A stretch of 40,828 bases of DNA from Terrimicrobiaceae bacterium. Lineage in GTDB: Bacteria > Verrucomicrobiota > Verrucomicrobiia > Chthoniobacterales > Terrimicrobiaceae. This document shows positions 26,006 to 35,184 of the stretch, one piece after another (position 1 is the stretch's first letter; the number at the start of each line of letters is the position of its first letter). Under the pieces are notes generated by a model, which was given only the letters and a program-made list of their open reading frames with translations, did not search any database and had not been told where the DNA came from. A program made the translations under genes and the position numbers. The stretch spans positions 1-40,828 of the forward strand of contig JBIIPZ010000030.1 of NCBI GenBank assembly GCA_044342325.1, given 5' to 3'.

Positions 26006-27484
26006 ATGTCCTCCACTCCTGAACAAAACGTCGGCGCCCCCTCTTCAAATGGCGATGCGGCAGGCAAGGGTCGCGGAAAAAAGAAGCCTGATTACCAACA
26101 GCGCGGAGCGGCCTATCTTCCAGACGCCCGTCGTCCGCTACCGCAGAGTCTCGATGCCGAGAAGGGGCTCCTTGGCTCGATTTTGCACTCCGCCACGGCG
26201 TTGGACGACACCATGGCGCAGATGGAGGCGCGGCACTTCCATCTGCCGGCCCACCAGAAAATTTTCGAGCTCTTGGTCGAGATGCGAAATGGCGGGAAGC
26301 CGATCGACCTCATCGCGCTCACGCAGACGCTTGAGGACCGCCGCATGCTCGACGAGGTCGGTGGGGCGGTCGCCATCACCGAGCTTTTTACTTTCGTCCC
26401 GACGGCGGCAAATGCTGATTACTACCGCGAGATCATTCTCGAAAAATATCTCCTCCGCCGCGTCATCACGACCTGCACCGAGTATGTCGCCCGCGCCCAC
26501 GATGAGCAGGGCGATGTGAGGATCCTCCTCGACGAGGTCGAGGCCCGCGTGCTTGAGATTGGCGAGCAGCGATTCCAATCCATCATGCCAACCATGAAGC
26601 AGATGGTGAGCGACGCCATCGACAATATCGAGAAGCTCTCGCGCTCCGGAGGCGGCATCACCGGCCTCCCGACCGGATTCCATGAACTCGACCGCATGAC
26701 GAGTGGCATGCACGAGGGTGAGATGTTCGTCATCGCCGCGCGTCCCTCGATGGGCAAAACCGCGCTCGCCATGAATATCGCAGAACATGTGGCGATCGAT
26801 GCCGGAAAGCCCGTAGCTGTTTTTTCGCTGGAAATGGGCGCCCAGCAACTCGTGCAGCGTCTCCTTTGCTCCCGGGCGAGGGTGAACGGCTCCAAGCTCC
26901 GCGACGGCTTCATCGCCAATCGCGAGATGACGAATCTCATCAATATCGCCGGTCAGCTCTCCAAGGCAAAAATCTTCGTCGATGACACTCCCGGCTTGAG
27001 CATTTTGGAACTCCGCGCCAAGGCCCGCCGCCTGCACAACCGCGAAAAAATCCAACTCATCGTCATCGATTACCTCCAGCTCCTGAGATCCGGTTCCCGC
27101 CGCGCCCAAGAGAATCGCCAGATCGAAATCCAGGAAATCTCCTACGGTATCAAAGCCCTCGCCAAGGAACTCAAACTCCCCGTCATCGTCCTCGCCCAGC
27201 TGAACCGAAATCCCGAGCAGCGCACCGGCTCCAGCGCGGGACGCCCCCGCCTCAGCGATCTGCGCGAATCCGGCACCATTGAGCAGGATGCCGACATCGT
27301 CGGACTCCTCATCCGCGACAAATACTATGCAGAGGACGAGGAGGCCAAAAAGGAAGCTGCCGGCAAGGCCACCCTCATCATCGCCAAACAGCGAAACGGT
27401 CCCACCGGCGATGTGCCTCTGACCTTCCTCGAGGAATACACCCGCTTCGAAGACGCCGCTGTCGAGCGCACCGATCCGCAATAA
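26006..27484 (+). CDS. dnaB: Replicative DNA helicase
   Basis: PQSLDAEKGLLG, Walker A AARPSMGKT, FSLEM, IDYLQL, LAQLNR, RPRLSDLRESGTIEQDAD and KQRNGPTG. No intein-sized insert. Confidence 0.98.
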   Translation: MSSTPEQNVGAPSSNGDAAGKGRGKKKPDYQQRGAAYLPDARRPLPQSLDAEKGLLGSILHSATALDDTMAQMEARHFHLPAHQKIFELLVEMRNGGKPIDLIALTQTLEDRRMLDEVGGAVAITELFTFVPTAANADYYREIILEKYLLRRVITTCTEYVARAHDEQGDVRILLDEVEARVLEIGEQRFQSIMPTMKQMVSDAIDNIEKLSRSGGGITGLPTGFHELDRMTSGMHEGEMFVIAARPSMGKTALAMNIAEHVAIDAGKPVAVFSLEMGAQQLVQRLLCSRARVNGSKLRDGFIANREMTNLINIAGQLSKAKIFVDDTPGLSILELRAKARRLHNREKIQLIVIDYLQLLRSGSRRAQENRQIEIQEISYGIKALAKELKLPVIVLAQLNRNPEQRTGSSAGRPRLSDLRESGTIEQDADIVGLLIRDKYYAEDEEAKKEAAGKATLIIAKQRNGPTGDVPLTFLEEYTRFEDAAVERTDPQ

Positions 27485-27607
27485 AGCCCCCACCTCGCCG
27501 GAAAGGCAGTTTTTTCCCACCCGCTCCCTTCTCGCTCCTCCCTCGCCGATTTCGCGCGCTCATGCCTAAGAGAAAGCGTCCTCTTAAAATTTTATAACAC
27601 TCTCCCC

Positions 27608-27634
27608 CTCTGTGCTCTCTGTGTCCTCTGTGGT
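27608..27634. repeat. 3x 9-bp tandem repeat CTCTGTGNN
   Basis: ctctgtgct ctctgtgtc ctctgtggt in the dnaB-TPR intergenic region. Confidence 0.8.
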
Positions 27635-27668
27635 CAATCCCTTCAGAGGCCCGTCGCTCCGCAAAAAG

Positions 27669-27685
27669 TTGGTTCGGGAATTGCT
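27669..27685 (+). promoter_or_regulatory. Candidate sigma54 (-24/-12) promoter of the TPR-like gene
   Basis: TTGGTTCGGGAATTGCT has exact GG-N10-GC spacing and two mismatches to YTGGCACGRNNNTTGCW. Confidence 0.4.
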
Positions 27686-27752
27686 ACGTAAGAAAGCATA
27701 ACCCGGCCTCACGGCTACCAAGAAACCAATCGACCATTTTTTCCAAAAAATC

Positions 27753-29198
27753 ATGAGCCAAGACGATATTGCCTCTCGCATCGACGAAGCCCTCGCCCTC
27801 CTAGATATCGGCCTCGAAAAAGAGTCCGAAGCCATCATCCAGACTCTCCTCGCGCAGACCCCCACTGCCGAAGTCCACTCGGCGGCCATTTTTGTTTTCA
27901 ACCGCCTCGGTCGCTTCATCCGCGCTTCTGTATCGGCGGATATCCTCCTCGATCAAAAAAAGCCCCTCCCTCCCGAAGAGCTTTTCCGAATCTCCCTCGC
28001 TTTCAATTTTTCCGGACGTCTCCAAGAGGCCTACGAGATCGAAAAATCCATCGCCCCGCAAAACAACGAGCAGTCCCTCGTCCGCCTCTACGGCCTCGCC
28101 TGCAAGGCGAACCGTCTCGGTCGCCACGCTGAGGCCCTCATCCATTTGCTCGGCTGCTTCTCGTTTCAGAACACAGAAGCGGGGGACGCCCACCGCAAAA
28201 TTTTCCTCGATAGCGAACTTTGCTCACTTTGGGAAAAAATCCCCTCTATCCCGCTCACGCTTCGTCAGGCCATGCGCTACTGCAACTTGCCGTTCGACGA
28301 AATCCTCGACCTCAACGAATCGGTGACTCCTCTTCGCTGCGTGGACCAGATGGATATGCATATGATGCCGGCTAAATTCCACGCCTTGCTCCACCCGGTC
28401 TACGCCACCTGTTTTGAGGTTGCCCCCTCTGCCGAGGCTGCCAATCCCGAATTGGCTGCTGAGTTTGCCGCCTGGCAGGGAGCTGTGGTAGCGCCCCGCT
28501 TGGATGCCTTCCGTGCGCTCCGCGACCGCATTTCCGCGATGGTCTTGGAGCAGCAGCTCACCTTCGCCCGATTCCAAGCCGCCAAAGGCCGCTTCGGCTG
28601 CGCCCGCAACCACCTCGTTTGCCATCTGCTCAAAAGTCCCGGCGCAAGCCTTGCAAACCTTCCCGAGATCCCGCTTCTGCGCCCTCTCATCGAGGAATTC
28701 CGCGCTCAGGAAGCCGAGTGCCCGGAGTCTTTTCGCACGCTCATTTCGTGGGCATACCGCGACGAACCTGAAAAATTCCTCCGCGATGTTCTGCCGGAAA
28801 TGCCCGCTCTGAATCGCACTTCTGGCTACGCCCTGCTGGCCGCCGGTTGCATGCACTACCGCCTTGGCGACAGCGCCGCTGCTATCGAGAGCTGGTCAGC
28901 CTGCGCCAACAAGTGGCCCCTCGACGACGCGCCTGTCATGAATGCGGCCATGCTCCTCAGCGGCGAAAAACGCTGGGACGAAGCTACCCAACTCATCAAC
29001 TGCCTGCCCGACGAGTGCATGAAATCCTTGCTCTGGAAACGGGCGCAGCATGCCATCAGCGAACGCCGCACCTTCTCTCTCAGTAGCAAAACAAATCCCA
29101 CGCCTCGCATTCCCACGCCCACTTTCGGGAATCTCTACTCGGGCGCGGACGAGGAATTCCTTGTGGAACACAAGCAATTCACGCCCATCGTTTGCTGA
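27753..29198 (+). CDS. Tetratricopeptide-repeat-like hypothetical protein
   Basis: Helical repeats YGLACKANRLGRHAEAL...DSELCSLW and AGCMHYRLGDSAAAIESW; 481-aa ORF with host-like codon use. Confidence 0.65.
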   Translation: MSQDDIASRIDEALALLDIGLEKESEAIIQTLLAQTPTAEVHSAAIFVFNRLGRFIRASVSADILLDQKKPLPPEELFRISLAFNFSGRLQEAYEIEKSIAPQNNEQSLVRLYGLACKANRLGRHAEALIHLLGCFSFQNTEAGDAHRKIFLDSELCSLWEKIPSIPLTLRQAMRYCNLPFDEILDLNESVTPLRCVDQMDMHMMPAKFHALLHPVYATCFEVAPSAEAANPELAAEFAAWQGAVVAPRLDAFRALRDRISAMVLEQQLTFARFQAAKGRFGCARNHLVCHLLKSPGASLANLPEIPLLRPLIEEFRAQEAECPESFRTLISWAYRDEPEKFLRDVLPEMPALNRTSGYALLAAGCMHYRLGDSAAAIESWSACANKWPLDDAPVMNAAMLLSGEKRWDEATQLINCLPDECMKSLLWKRAQHAISERRTFSLSSKTNPTPRIPTPTFGNLYSGADEEFLVEHKQFTPIVC

Positions 29199-29266
29199 AG
29201 GCTGCGCCGAAACTGGCGCGCCAGGCATAGTTGCTCAGTTACGCAGTCACATTGTTCTATCAAACG

Positions 29267-29305
29267 AAAACACCCCGGCAGCCTTGATGCTACCGGGGTG
29301 TTTTT
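29267..29305. terminator. Bidirectional Rho-independent terminator (TPR-like gene / ahcY)
   Basis: aaaacaccccggcagc-cttgat-gctaccggggtgtttt(t). Confidence 0.85.
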
Positions 29306-29328
29306 ATTGAATCGAACTGCTTCTGTTT

Positions 29329-30843
29329 TTAGTAGCGGTAGTGCTCGGGCTTGTAGGGGCCTTCGGACGGCACGCCGAGGTATTCGGCTTGGCTCTTGGT
29401 GAGCTTGGTGAGGACGACGCCGATTTTTTCGAGGTGCAGGCGGGCGACTTCCTCGTCGAGCTTCTTGGGCAGGCGATAGACGGTGTTTTTGTATTTGTCC
29501 TTGTTCTGCCAGAGGTCGATTTGGGCGAGCGTCTGGTTGGTGAAGGAATTCGACATCACGAAGCTTGGGTGGCCTGTGGCGCAGCCGAGGTTCACGAGGC
29601 GGCCATCGGCGAGCATGTAGATGCTCTTCTTGCCGCCGGGCAGGAAGTAGCGGTCGTATTGCGGCTTGATGGTTTCGCAGCGGATGCCTTTGTGTTTCTT
29701 GAGTTCCTCGACTTGGATTTCGTTGTCGAAGTGTCCGATGTTGCAGACGATCGCTTGGTCTTTCATCGCGAGCATGTGCTGGAGCGTGATGATGTCTTTG
29801 TTGCCGGTGGTGGTGACATAAATGTCGCCGACGCCGAGCGTGCTTTCGATGGTGTTGACCTGGAAGCCCTCCATGGCGGCCTGCAAGGCGTTGATGGGGT
29901 CGATCTCGGTGACAATAACTCGGGCGCCGTAAGCGCGGAGCGAGTGGGCGCTGCCTTTGCCGACATCGCCGTAGCCGCAGACGACGGCAACTTTTCCGGC
30001 GATCATGACATCGGTCGCACGCTTGAGGCCGTCAGCGAGGGACTCGCGGCAGCCGTAGAGGTTGTCGAATTTGGACTTCGTGACCGAGTCGTTCACATTG
30101 ATAGCTGGCACGAGGAGTTTGCCTACCTCGGCGAGTTGGTAGAGGCGGTGGACGCCTGTCGTTGTTTCCTCGGAGACGCCTTTCCAAGCCTTGGCCACCT
30201 TGGTCCAGTAGCCGGGGCGCTCCTCGGCGACGCGGCGGAGGAGGGCCTTGACGACCGAGACTTCATGGTTTTCGGCGGGTTGGTAGGCCCACTTGTCACC
30301 TTTTTCGAGTTCGGCACCTTTGTGGATAAGAAGGGTCACATCGCCGCCGTCATCAACCACGAGTTGTGGGCCGAGGTTGCCGGGGAAGGTGATCGCTTTG
30401 AGGGTGAGTTCCCAATACTCTTCGAGGGTTTCGCCTTTCCATGCGAAAACTGGCGTGCCGGTCTCCGCGATGGCTGCAGCGGCGTGGTCTTGAGTGGAGA
30501 AAATATTGCAGCTGGCCCAGCGCACATCAGCGCCGAGATCAACCAGCGTCTCGATAAGAACTGCCGTCTGAATCGTCATGTGGAGTGAGCCAGTCACGCG
30601 GACGCCTTTGAGTGGCTTCTGCTTGGCGTATTTTTTACGAACCGCCATGAGGCCCGGCATTTCATGCTCGGCAACGCTGATTTCCTTGCGTCCCCAGTCG
30701 GCCAAGGCGATGTCAGAAACAATGTAATCCGCGCCCTTCGGAGTGGCTGCGGCATATTTTGCGAGATTGGCAGTCGCGGCGGTGAGTTCAGCGAGAACAG
30801 CGGCGGCGGATGCTTTTGATTTGGAAGCGGATTTGGTGGCCAT
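29329..30843 (-). CDS. ahcY: Adenosylhomocysteinase
   Basis: [69 protein letters not shown] and KPEHYRY. Confidence 0.98.
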   Translation of the reverse strand: MATKSASKSKASAAAVLAELTAATANLAKYAAATPKGADYIVSDIALADWGRKEISVAEHEMPGLMAVRKKYAKQKPLKGVRVTGSLHMTIQTAVLIETLVDLGADVRWASCNIFSTQDHAAAAIAETGTPVFAWKGETLEEYWELTLKAITFPGNLGPQLVVDDGGDVTLLIHKGAELEKGDKWAYQPAENHEVSVVKALLRRVAEERPGYWTKVAKAWKGVSEETTTGVHRLYQLAEVGKLLVPAINVNDSVTKSKFDNLYGCRESLADGLKRATDVMIAGKVAVVCGYGDVGKGSAHSLRAYGARVIVTEIDPINALQAAMEGFQVNTIESTLGVGDIYVTTTGNKDIITLQHMLAMKDQAIVCNIGHFDNEIQVEELKKHKGIRCETIKPQYDRYFLPGGKKSIYMLADGRLVNLGCATGHPSFVMSNSFTNQTLAQIDLWQNKDKYKNTVYRLPKKLDEEVARLHLEKIGVVLTKLTKSQAEYLGVPSEGPYKPEHYRY

Positions 30844-30845
30844 AA

Positions 30846-31002
30846 GAGTTTTAAGTTTTAAGAATTAAGTTTTAAGTGGTTTTGGTTCGGGTGTTGTTGG
30901 GCTTGGGTGCGGTTTTTAGATTGGAGAGAAGAAACAAGTCTTCGGAATCAAGCGCGGCGCGGTAGCGCCAACTTAAAACTTAATTCTTAAAACTTAAGAC
31001 TC
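30846..31002. repeat. 32-bp inverted repeat built of 7-nt units (AGTTTTA/AGAATTA) enclosing a 93-nt spacer
   Basis: Left arm 30846-30877 gagttttaagttttaagaattaagttttaagt; right arm 30971-31002 acttaaaacttaattcttaaaacttaagactc; 31/32 complementary. Confidence 0.92.
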
Positions 31003-31012
31003 GTCTTTGTCC

Positions 31013-32209
31013 TTATCTCGCCGCCTTTTTCAGCGCCGCCGCTTTGTCTGTCTTCTCCCAAGTGATGTCTTTGTCTTCCTTGCCGAAGTGACCGTAGTTG
31101 GTGGTCTTGCTGTAGATCGGGCGGAGGAGGTTGAGTTGGGTGACGATGTCGGCGGGTTTGAATGAGAAGACGGATTTGACGGCTTTTTCGATGTTTTCCT
31201 CGTTCACTTTGTGCGTTCCAAAGGTATCAATATGGATGCTAACGGGTTGCGGGTGGCCGATGGCGTAGGCGAATTGGACTTCGCAGCGATCGGCGAGGCC
31301 GGCGGCAACGACATTCTTCGCGACATAGCGGCCCATGTAGGCTGCGCTGCGGTCAACTTTCGAAGGATCTTTTCCAGAGAAGGCTCCGCCTCCGTGACGG
31401 CCCATGCCGCCGTAGGTGTCGACGATGATTTTACGGCCGGTGAGTCCAGAGTCGCCTTGCGGGCCGCCAATAACGAAGCGGCCGGTTGGATTGATGAGGA
31501 ACTCGGTGGAGGCGTCGAGGAAGTCCTTCGGAATCACCTTGCGAATCACATTTGCGATCAGGAACTTGCGGATTTCCTCGATCTCGACATCTTCGCTATG
31601 TTGGGTCGAGATGACGACATTGGTCACGCGGACTGGTTTGCCGTCTTGATAGAGAACGGAAACTTGGCTTTTCGCGTCAGGGCGGAGCCATTTCACCTTG
31701 CCGGCTTTGCGGATGGCAGTGAGTTCGCGGCCGAGGCGGTGGGCGAACATGATCGGAGCTGGCATGAGTTCCGGGGTCTCGTTGCAGGCGTAACCGAACA
31801 TGAGGCCTTGGTCGCCGGCGCCTTGCTCGGCGGTGGCTTTGCCTTTGGCTTTTTTGTTATCTACGCCCTGCGCGATGTCGGCGCTCTGTGCGGTGAGGAG
31901 GTTTGAAATGAAGACGCGGTCGGCGTGGAAGACATCGTCGTTGTTCGTGTAGCCGATGCCACGGATCGCCTCGCGGATGATCGAGCCGATGTTCATCACG
32001 GAATCAAGTGCGGCGCCTTTGATTTTCGGAATGGTGATTTCACCGCCTACCACGACGGTGTTGCTTTTCACAAAGGTCTCGCAGGCGACGCGGCTGGTTT
32101 TGTCAATCGTGAGGCATGCGTCGAGCACGGCATCGGAGATGGTGTCGCAGACTTTGTCGGGATGGCCTTCGCCAACGGATTCGGATGAAAAGATGTAACG
32201 GCGTGACAT
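31013..32209 (-). CDS. metK: S-adenosylmethionine synthetase
   Basis: [48 protein letters not shown] and [15 protein letters not shown]. Start at ATG 32209. Confidence 0.98.
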   Translation of the reverse strand: MSRRYIFSSESVGEGHPDKVCDTISDAVLDACLTIDKTSRVACETFVKSNTVVVGGEITIPKIKGAALDSVMNIGSIIREAIRGIGYTNNDDVFHADRVFISNLLTAQSADIAQGVDNKKAKGKATAEQGAGDQGLMFGYACNETPELMPAPIMFAHRLGRELTAIRKAGKVKWLRPDAKSQVSVLYQDGKPVRVTNVVISTQHSEDVEIEEIRKFLIANVIRKVIPKDFLDASTEFLINPTGRFVIGGPQGDSGLTGRKIIVDTYGGMGRHGGGAFSGKDPSKVDRSAAYMGRYVAKNVVAAGLADRCEVQFAYAIGHPQPVSIHIDTFGTHKVNEENIEKAVKSVFSFKPADIVTQLNLLRPIYSKTTNYGHFGKEDKDITWEKTDKAAALKKAAR

Positions 32210-32253
32210 GGGATTTATTGAGTTTGGGTTGATGTTGAGCTTTACGTATCTTC

Positions 32254-32273
32254 GCATCCGAATATATTGATAT
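32254..32273. promoter_or_regulatory. Candidate SahR operator (ATC-N10-GAT) in the 69-bp metK/sahR divergent region
   Basis: gcATCCGaatataTTGATat resembles remembered ATCAA-N6-TTGAT-type SahR boxes. Confidence 0.4.
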
Positions 32274-32278
32274 GTTCA

Positions 32279-33199
32279 ATGGCGTCAATCCTGAAATCTC
32301 TCCGTGTTTTGTCGGATCCGATCCGTTTGCGCCTGCTGTTGCTTTTGATGGAAGAGGAGCTCACGGTCGCCGAGTTGCAGGAGATACTTGGTCTCGCGCA
32401 GTCGCGCATTTCGACCAGTCTGTCACAGCTGAAACGCGAGGAGTTGGTGAAAGACCGTCGGGTGGGAAAAAACATCTTCTACTCGGTTGGGGAGGATCCC
32501 GGTGAGGCTACTTTGGCGGTTCTGGAGGCGGCACGGGCGGAGCTGAAGGAGGCCTCGGCGGACAAGGCGCACCTAGTGTTCACGCTCAAAAAGCGCAAGG
32601 ACCGCGCGGCGGATTATTTCAACAAGCTGGCGGGAAAATTTGGCCGTGCGTATGTGCCCGGCCGCTCGTGGGAGGCGCTCTCACACGGGCTTCTGCGCCT
32701 ACTGCCGCCCATGGTCATCGCGGACCTCGGGGCAGGCGAGGGGACCCTCTCGCAACTGCTGGCCCGGACCTCAAAGAAGGTCATCGCCATTGATAACTCG
32801 GAGAAGATGGTCGAATTCGGTTCCGCCCTTGCCAAGGAGCACGGGTTTTCCAACCTCGAATACCGACTCGGTGACATCGAAGATCCGCCGATCGATGCAA
32901 ACTCTGTCGATGTGGCTCTTTTCAGCCAGGCTTTGCATCATGCCGCCGTCCCACAGCGAGCTTTGAATGCGGCTCAGCGGATTCTCAAGCCTGGCGGGCG
33001 TGTGATGATTCTCGATTTGCTGAGCCATACTCACGAGCCGGCCCGCGAGCTTTACGGGCATGTGTGGCTGGGTTTTTCCGAAATCGAGCTTCACCGCATG
33101 ATGAAAAAGGCGGGGTTCTCTAAAATCGAATCCTCCATCGTCTCGCGTGAAGCAGAGGCGCCGTTTTTTCAGACCGTGCTGGCAACGGGCATGAAATGA
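32279..33199 (+). CDS. sahR: ArsR-HTH + SAM-methyltransferase-fold regulator (SahR/SamR type)
   Basis: N-terminal LSDPIRLRLL...ELTVAELQEIL..QSRISTSL and C-terminal ADLGAGEG SAM-binding motif; divergent from metK-ahcY. Confidence 0.85.
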   Translation: MASILKSLRVLSDPIRLRLLLLLMEEELTVAELQEILGLAQSRISTSLSQLKREELVKDRRVGKNIFYSVGEDPGEATLAVLEAARAELKEASADKAHLVFTLKKRKDRAADYFNKLAGKFGRAYVPGRSWEALSHGLLRLLPPMVIADLGAGEGTLSQLLARTSKKVIAIDNSEKMVEFGSALAKEHGFSNLEYRLGDIEDPPIDANSVDVALFSQALHHAAVPQRALNAAQRILKPGGRVMILDLLSHTHEPARELYGHVWLGFSEIELHRMMKKAGFSKIESSIVSREAEAPFFQTVLATGMK

Positions 33200-33282
33200 G
33201 GGCGAGTTGTCGTCTGATGTCTTTTTTATCCTCGCCAATCCTCTGCTTCGCCGCTTAACCTGCCGCACGCTTTTTCCAAATT

Positions 33283-35058
33283 ATGAAGACTAAAAAATCC
33301 GCCGCTACGAAATCCACCGCTACGCCTGAACGGGGCAAAGTCATGAATGGTGCGGAGATTCTCGTAGAGTGTCTCGAGCGCGAGGGCGTTGAGGTTGTTT
33401 TCGCCTACCCCGGCGGGTGCTCGATGCCGATTCACCAAGCGCTCACGAAAACAAAAAAAATCCGCACCATCCTTCCCCGCCACGAGCAGGGCGGGGTTTT
33501 CGCCGCCGAAGGCTACGCTCGTGTCACCGGCAAAGTCGGAGTCTGCATGGCGACCTCCGGCCCTGGCGCGACGAATCTTGTCACAGGCATCGCGGACGCC
33601 TTTATGGACTCGATTCCTCTCGTTGCGATCACCGGTCAGGTTCCTCAGGAAATGATCGGACGCGGAGCTTTCCAAGAGACCGATGTTTTTGGAATGACAC
33701 TTCCGATGGTGAAACACAGCTACCTTGTGTGGGATGTGAATGAGCTTCCCCGCATCGTCAAGGAGGCCTTCCACATCGCGTCCACCGGTCGCCCAGGCCC
33801 AGTTCTCATCGACATTCCGAAGAATATCCAAAATCTCACCACGCAGCCTATTTTTCCGAAAACCATCAACCTGCGCGGCTACAAACCCGAACGCAAAGCT
33901 GATGATGTTGCCCTCAACGAGCTCATCGGAATGCTTGGCGATGCGAAAGCCCCGATGATCTATTGCGGTGGCGGAGTGATCTCCGGCGAGGCTTCAGCCG
34001 AGTTGCTTGAGTTCGCCGAGCGCACCCAGATTCCTGTGGCCACGACGCTCATGGGCATTGGTGGATTTCCAGAGACGCACACTCTTTCCCTCAAATGGCT
34101 CGGCATGCACGGCACTGTGTATGCAAATAATGCCGTCAACGAAGCCGACCTCCTGCTGGCTATTGGTGTGCGTTTCGACGACCGCGTCACGGGCAAGGTC
34201 GAGAAATTCTGCGAACACGGCAAAATCGTCCACATCGACATCGACAACTCCGAGATCAATAAAAACAAAACCGTCTGCCTGCCGATCCTGAGCGATCTCA
34301 AATACGCCCTGACTCGCCTAAACAAGCTCCTCGATCAAGCCGGCTACAAACGCACGACGAAGAATTTCTCCCGCTATCCGGATTGGTATAAACAGATCGA
34401 CGCGTGGAAGACTAAGCACCCGCTATCGTTCAAGGACACAGAGGATGTTATCCAACCGCAGTATGTCATCCAGCTCCTCTGCGAAATGACAAAAGGTGAG
34501 GCCATCATCACCACTGGCGTCGGTCAGCACCAGATGTGGGCTGCTCAATTCTACGACTTTGACTCGCCCCGCCGCCTTGTTACCTCCGCTGGTCTCGGAT
34601 CCATGGGCTTCGGCTATCCCTCCGCTATGGGTGCCAAAGTCGGAATGCCTCACAAGCAAGTCATCGACATCGATGGCGACGGTTCATTCCTCATGAATGT
34701 CCAAGAGCTCGCCACCGCGCACATCGAAGGCATCGCCGCAAAGGCAATTATTCTGAACAACCAGCACCTCGGCATGGTCGTGCAATGGGAAGACCGCTTC
34801 CACGGCGGCAACCGTGGCCATACCTTCCTCGGCGATCCCCGCGACTTGCAGCGCATCTATCCCGATTATGTCGACATTGCGAAAGGCTTCGGCGTAACCT
34901 GCGAGCGGGTCATCCATAAAAAAGATCTTCCTGCCGCGATGAAGCGCATGCTTGATTCTAAGGAAGTCTATCTCCTCGATGTCATGACTCCTTACACCGA
35001 ACATGTGTTGCCAATGATTCCATCGGGCAAGACTTACAAGGACATCATCACCGAATAA
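33283..35058 (+). CDS. ilvB: Acetolactate synthase large subunit
   Basis: FAYPGG, RHEQGG, TSGPGATN, RFDDRVTG, GVGQHQMW and the TPP motif GDGSFLMN...NNQHLGMV. Confidence 0.97.
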   Translation: MKTKKSAATKSTATPERGKVMNGAEILVECLEREGVEVVFAYPGGCSMPIHQALTKTKKIRTILPRHEQGGVFAAEGYARVTGKVGVCMATSGPGATNLVTGIADAFMDSIPLVAITGQVPQEMIGRGAFQETDVFGMTLPMVKHSYLVWDVNELPRIVKEAFHIASTGRPGPVLIDIPKNIQNLTTQPIFPKTINLRGYKPERKADDVALNELIGMLGDAKAPMIYCGGGVISGEASAELLEFAERTQIPVATTLMGIGGFPETHTLSLKWLGMHGTVYANNAVNEADLLLAIGVRFDDRVTGKVEKFCEHGKIVHIDIDNSEINKNKTVCLPILSDLKYALTRLNKLLDQAGYKRTTKNFSRYPDWYKQIDAWKTKHPLSFKDTEDVIQPQYVIQLLCEMTKGEAIITTGVGQHQMWAAQFYDFDSPRRLVTSAGLGSMGFGYPSAMGAKVGMPHKQVIDIDGDGSFLMNVQELATAHIEGIAAKAIILNNQHLGMVVQWEDRFHGGNRGHTFLGDPRDLQRIYPDYVDIAKGFGVTCERVIHKKDLPAAMKRMLDSKEVYLLDVMTPYTEHVLPMIPSGKTYKDIITE

Positions 35059-35088
35059 CGCCCTGCTTCTCAGTCAAGGTTTGCAAAC

Positions 35089-35120
35089 ACGGAGCCCGTC
35101 GAGAGACAGGCTCTGTTTTT
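35089..35120 (+). terminator. Rho-independent terminator after ilvB
   Basis: acggagcccgtc-gaga-gacaggctctgt followed by a T-run. Confidence 0.75.
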
Positions 35121-35184
35121 CGCGTCAAGGCTTACAGGGCAAACTGCTCGATTGCCTCTGCAAGTAACTTCGCGGTGGCCAGCG

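Noticed and set aside
26138..27520. Long antisense ORFs (also 29341-30588, 35152-36228, 37898-40036, 20949-22115)
   Set aside because: Shadow frames of well-supported genes, expected with high GC3 codon bias
27562..27690. 42-codon ORF MPKRKRPL...LCALCVLCG...
   Set aside because: The Cys pattern is a by-product of the 9-bp repeat; no independent support
30878..30970. SAH or SAM riboswitch upstream of ahcY
   Set aside because: Conserved riboswitch core sequences were not recognised, and a protein regulator (SahR-type) is adjacent
30846..31002. CRISPR array
   Set aside because: Two inverted arms rather than direct repeats with spacers, and no cas genes
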